A stretch of DNA of 63,552 nt, the filler included, from Rhabdomonas costata (taxonomy: Eukaryota): NCBI GenBank assembly GCA_019059605.1. It is 26 parts of 26 records of this genome, joined end to end, with 100 filler letters (N's around TTAATTAATTAA, not from the genome) between each part and the next. Parts side by side here need not be neighbours in the genome. Positions count along the whole stretch, not along the records: positions 61,209 to 63,552 come from JAHMHO010003914.1; 25 more parts are not named here. One strand, given 5' to 3'. How positions within the stretch are numbered: the stretch's first letter is position 1; every line of letters starts with the position of its first letter. Made by a program: the position numbers and the translations under genes. Of the stretch, positions 62,881 to 63,552 are shown one piece after another. The notes below the pieces were generated by a model. It did no database searches. It was not told where the DNA came from and saw only the letters and a list, made by a program, of their open reading frames with translations.

Positions 62881-63552
62881 CAAGCCTTCTATCCACTGAG
62901 CCTCTTACGTGCTTCCAACATCTTGAGCCGCTTTCGCATCCCACATTTCCCCTTCATGGGTACTTCTTCCTTGCGTTTTTGCTGTTTTTCTTCCGTTTTT
63001 TCTGCCGTTCATGGTGTTGGAAGTGATCATGAACCCACCCCTCACCGCCACAACCCTGTCGTGCAGCACGGGGACGGCGAAGCAGATCCACACCTATGTC
63101 CGAACAGGCGCGAACACATTGGGCTTGACGCAACGGAGAAGCACGACGACCAGCACCGGCACGAGCACCATGATGGCGTCATGGATGGGTGCTGGCTGAC
63201 GGTTTCTTTGTTCTTCGCTACGTCGCGCTCCGGAGCTTCGAGCTTTGAAAGGTTCTAATCCGGGCAGTGGCCGAAAATAATGCTCTTCTCTATCACGACC
63301 TGGCTTGCCACCCCACCACTTACGTGTAACCCGGCGTCGGCCGTTGATTCCACTGGGCTCAGTGTATCCCGACTATGCTTTCGCAAAGTGGGCGCTTCTA
63401 TCCCTTACTCTTCCCCGTATATAATTCATCTGCCTTGACGGCTTTTTCTCTTGCACCGAGGGTCGGTGGCTTCCCTTGGTGCCAAAACTCCCCCCTCTCG
63501 GTCTCCAAACTTGCTCTTCTAACTTCTCCTCTTTCGACTCTGCAACCAAACC

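Noticed and set aside
1-63552. Stop-codon reassignment to explain the many short ORFs; also the numerous overlapping 60-200 aa ORFs
   Set aside because: Recognised genes are fully explained by spliceosomal introns and end at TAA, TAG and TGA. Most other ORFs are antisense or alternative-frame shadows in ~50% GC DNA.

Overview
This window is not one locus. It is 26 unrelated contigs of about 2.3-2.4 kb joined by 100-nt N/TTAATTAATTAA/N spacers. Most contig ends are G/T-only (5') or C/A-only (3'), which points to degenerate-primer whole-genome amplification. Most contigs come from an intron-rich flagellated protist, probably a euglenozoan (euglenid-like). Spliced gene fragments I could reconstruct: a membrane histidine kinase, BBS1, a KAP-like tandem-HMG protein, a GalU-type nucleotidyltransferase, a CocE/NonD hydrolase, mitochondrial uL4, COG1/Vps51, serine acetyltransferase, a PRL phosphatase, a class I aminotransferase, a SAM-domain protein, a receiver domain and cystathionine beta-lyase. 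Mobile DNA includes an APE-RT non-LTR retrotransposon, a decayed Gag-knuckle element and a TA-flanked MITE family. Two pieces look viral. One is a very AT-rich, intronless contig (31864-34208) with Mimiviridae hallmarks: AAAATTGA early promoters, 3' hairpins, a KYLKYK leader, an F-box start and a MAPK-derived pseudokinase. The other is a decayed Polinton-like-virus/virophage-type capsid module (about 12300-13370) attached to host-like DNA. Together they suggest a possible host / giant virus / small dsDNA virus system. All family calls are by-eye motif recognition; no searches were run.
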